DNA of 63,542 nt, counting the filler, from Basidiobolus ranarum (taxonomy: Eukaryota), in the NCBI GenBank assembly GCA_040143965.1. It is 39 parts of 39 records of this genome, joined end to end, with 100 filler letters (N's around TTAATTAATTAA, not from the genome) between each part and the next. Parts side by side here need not be neighbours in the genome. Positions count along the whole stretch, not along the records: positions 62,018 to 63,542 come from JASJQH010004923.1; 38 more parts are not named here. One strand, 5' to 3'. The notes below the pieces were generated by a model. It was not told where the DNA came from and ran no database searches. It saw only the letters and a program-made list of their open reading frames with translations. Shown here piece by piece: positions 62,018 to 63,542 of this stretch. Each line of letters opens with the position of its first letter. Position 1 is the stretch's first letter. The translations under genes and the position numbers were made by a program.

Positions 62018-62876
62018 ATCTTCTTCCTGTCAAGTTGCACCAATATTTTCCAGTTGTTTTGCCAAAGATATGACATTTGCAATGTGAGTAACCATGCTTT
62101 CAGACTTTTCCATCTTTATATGAAAGAATTTTGGTCTGAGAAACAATCTATTAGCAAGACTCTTTGCTTCATAACACTCTTCCAATATAGTCCAAGCTTG
62201 ATGGGAAGTCTTTGCATATTGAATATTCACAAGTTGTGAATCCATGAAACATTGACAAATGACATTAAAGGCCTTTTGGTCTCTTTTGTTTTGAGCTTCC
62301 AATAAAGAAGGGTCAGAAGGTTCCTTTTCATCTCCAGAGACTACATCCCAAAGCTCCCTGTCTTCTAGCGTTATTTGCATCTTGAACTTTCAGAAATTGT
62401 AATTTTCTCCATCAAGCTTTTCAACACTTCAGTTAATAAAAGTGGTGGTAGTGGTTTCTGTCATGCTGTAAAGGTTAGAACATGGGGCTAATAACCTATT
62501 GGGAAAATATGGGCTGCTTGGAGGAACTTTAGAAAAGTGGAGTTGTGGATAGCTCTGTGAGATACTTCTTTATATTTCTAAAATAAAGCATTTTTACATT
62601 TTGGTGGAAATACAGAAAACTAACACTGGAGTTGTGTTCAGAATATCTGTGGGAGTAAAATGAGCTATTGCTGGGGCAATTTGGACAAGCTTGAAATTTC
62701 TAATATGGAATTGCTAATTCTCACATTATTCACATATATATATATAGTATTAGCTTCAACTTTCAGCTAAGTGATACTTGACCAAGTAATGTTAACTAAC
62801 TCATATGTGATATATGAAATTGTTAGGTGTATGAAGATAGAGATAAGAAATATGATAAAGACAACAAACTTTAACA
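62018..62876 (-). mobile_element. Copia-A 5' LTR (62497-62876), PBS and gag start
   Basis: MQITLEDRELWDVVSGDEKEP..; PBS remnant GGGCTAATAACC. Confidence 0.92.
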
Positions 62877-63270
62877 ACTTGCACTTTGGTTAAGATTCCT
62901 GATGACTAAAAATCAATTTGATGCAAATGGGGGGTTAAACTTAAACAGCAAGCTGATGGATCAGTAGAAAGATATAAAGCCAGACTTATGGCTAAAGGAG
63001 ACTCTCAAATGGAAGCAGTAGACTACAATGATACACTTGCTTCTGTAGCAAAGTCTAACTCCATCAGAACCATACTAGGAGTAGAAGCAAAACACAGCTT
63101 AAAAATCCATCAAATGGATGTTAAAACTGCTTTTTGAATGTGGACTCTGGAACAGGATATATTCATGGCTCAACCAGATGGTTTTGTGGATTTTGAGCAC
63201 CATCAGGACATGTGTAAGCTTCTAAAACTACTTGATGGACTTAAATAATCACCTATGGCCTGGCTCACTA
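62877..63270 (+). mobile_element. Copia RT fragment
   Basis: RYKARLMAKGDSQMEAVDY..IHQMDVKTAF..IFMAQPDGF. Confidence 0.85.
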
Positions 63271-63542
63271 CCCAAACAAAAATAAAATTGATTTGATCTG
63301 GATCAGATCAACCCTTCAGAATAGCAAAACCATCAGTGAAATATCACAATATTGGTGGCTTGCATTCTGCCAAGGAGTTTGATGGTGCAATGGTTGTTTT
63401 TTGATGGTGCACTGATGGTGTTTGTACATGTTAAAATATTGATCCTCAGATTTGGCATGCATTGTTCAATATGTGGCAATTTTTGCACAAAAAAATATTT
63501 TAGTATGGTAAATTCCTGGGTTTACTGCAGTAGGAATTCAGA
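63271..63542 (-). mobile_element. CMC right terminus and subterminal TGATGGT repeats
   Basis: CCCAAACAAAAATAAAATTGATTTGATC..; reverse complement of 61450-61717. Confidence 0.82.

Overview
This window is not contiguous DNA. It is 39 short contigs (1540 down to 1525 bp, sorted by length) joined by artificial 100-bp spacers (44 N + TTAATTAATTAA + 44 N), so adjacency across a spacer means nothing. The DNA is eukaryotic and fungal: short GT-AG introns, fungal PMA1/SPB1/PHO89-type proteins, eukaryotic tRNAs. An early-diverging (zygomycete-grade) fungus is my inference from the protein styles, not a database result. About two-thirds of the contigs are decayed, nested transposons that are almost free of CpG: several Ty1/copia families, Ty3/gypsy fragments, a multi-copy CMC/CACTA-type DNA transposon with CCCTAACA termini, a DDE_Tnp_4-like fragment and a probable MITE. 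The remaining contigs hold host gene fragments (PMA1, SPB1, PHO89-like, alkaline phosphatase x2, UNC-93-like x2, CAP x2, a BAG domain, secreted orphans) and a four-tRNA cluster. I cannot support a wholly new biological system. The best leads are: a copia family with non-canonical TG...TA LTRs and a half-tRNA-iMet primer site; the CCCTA-ended CMC element with a possible divergent second ORF; repeat-restricted CpG loss; a bacterial-style CAP gene whose two halves join in frame across the contig ends; and a secreted Met/His-rich repeat protein.
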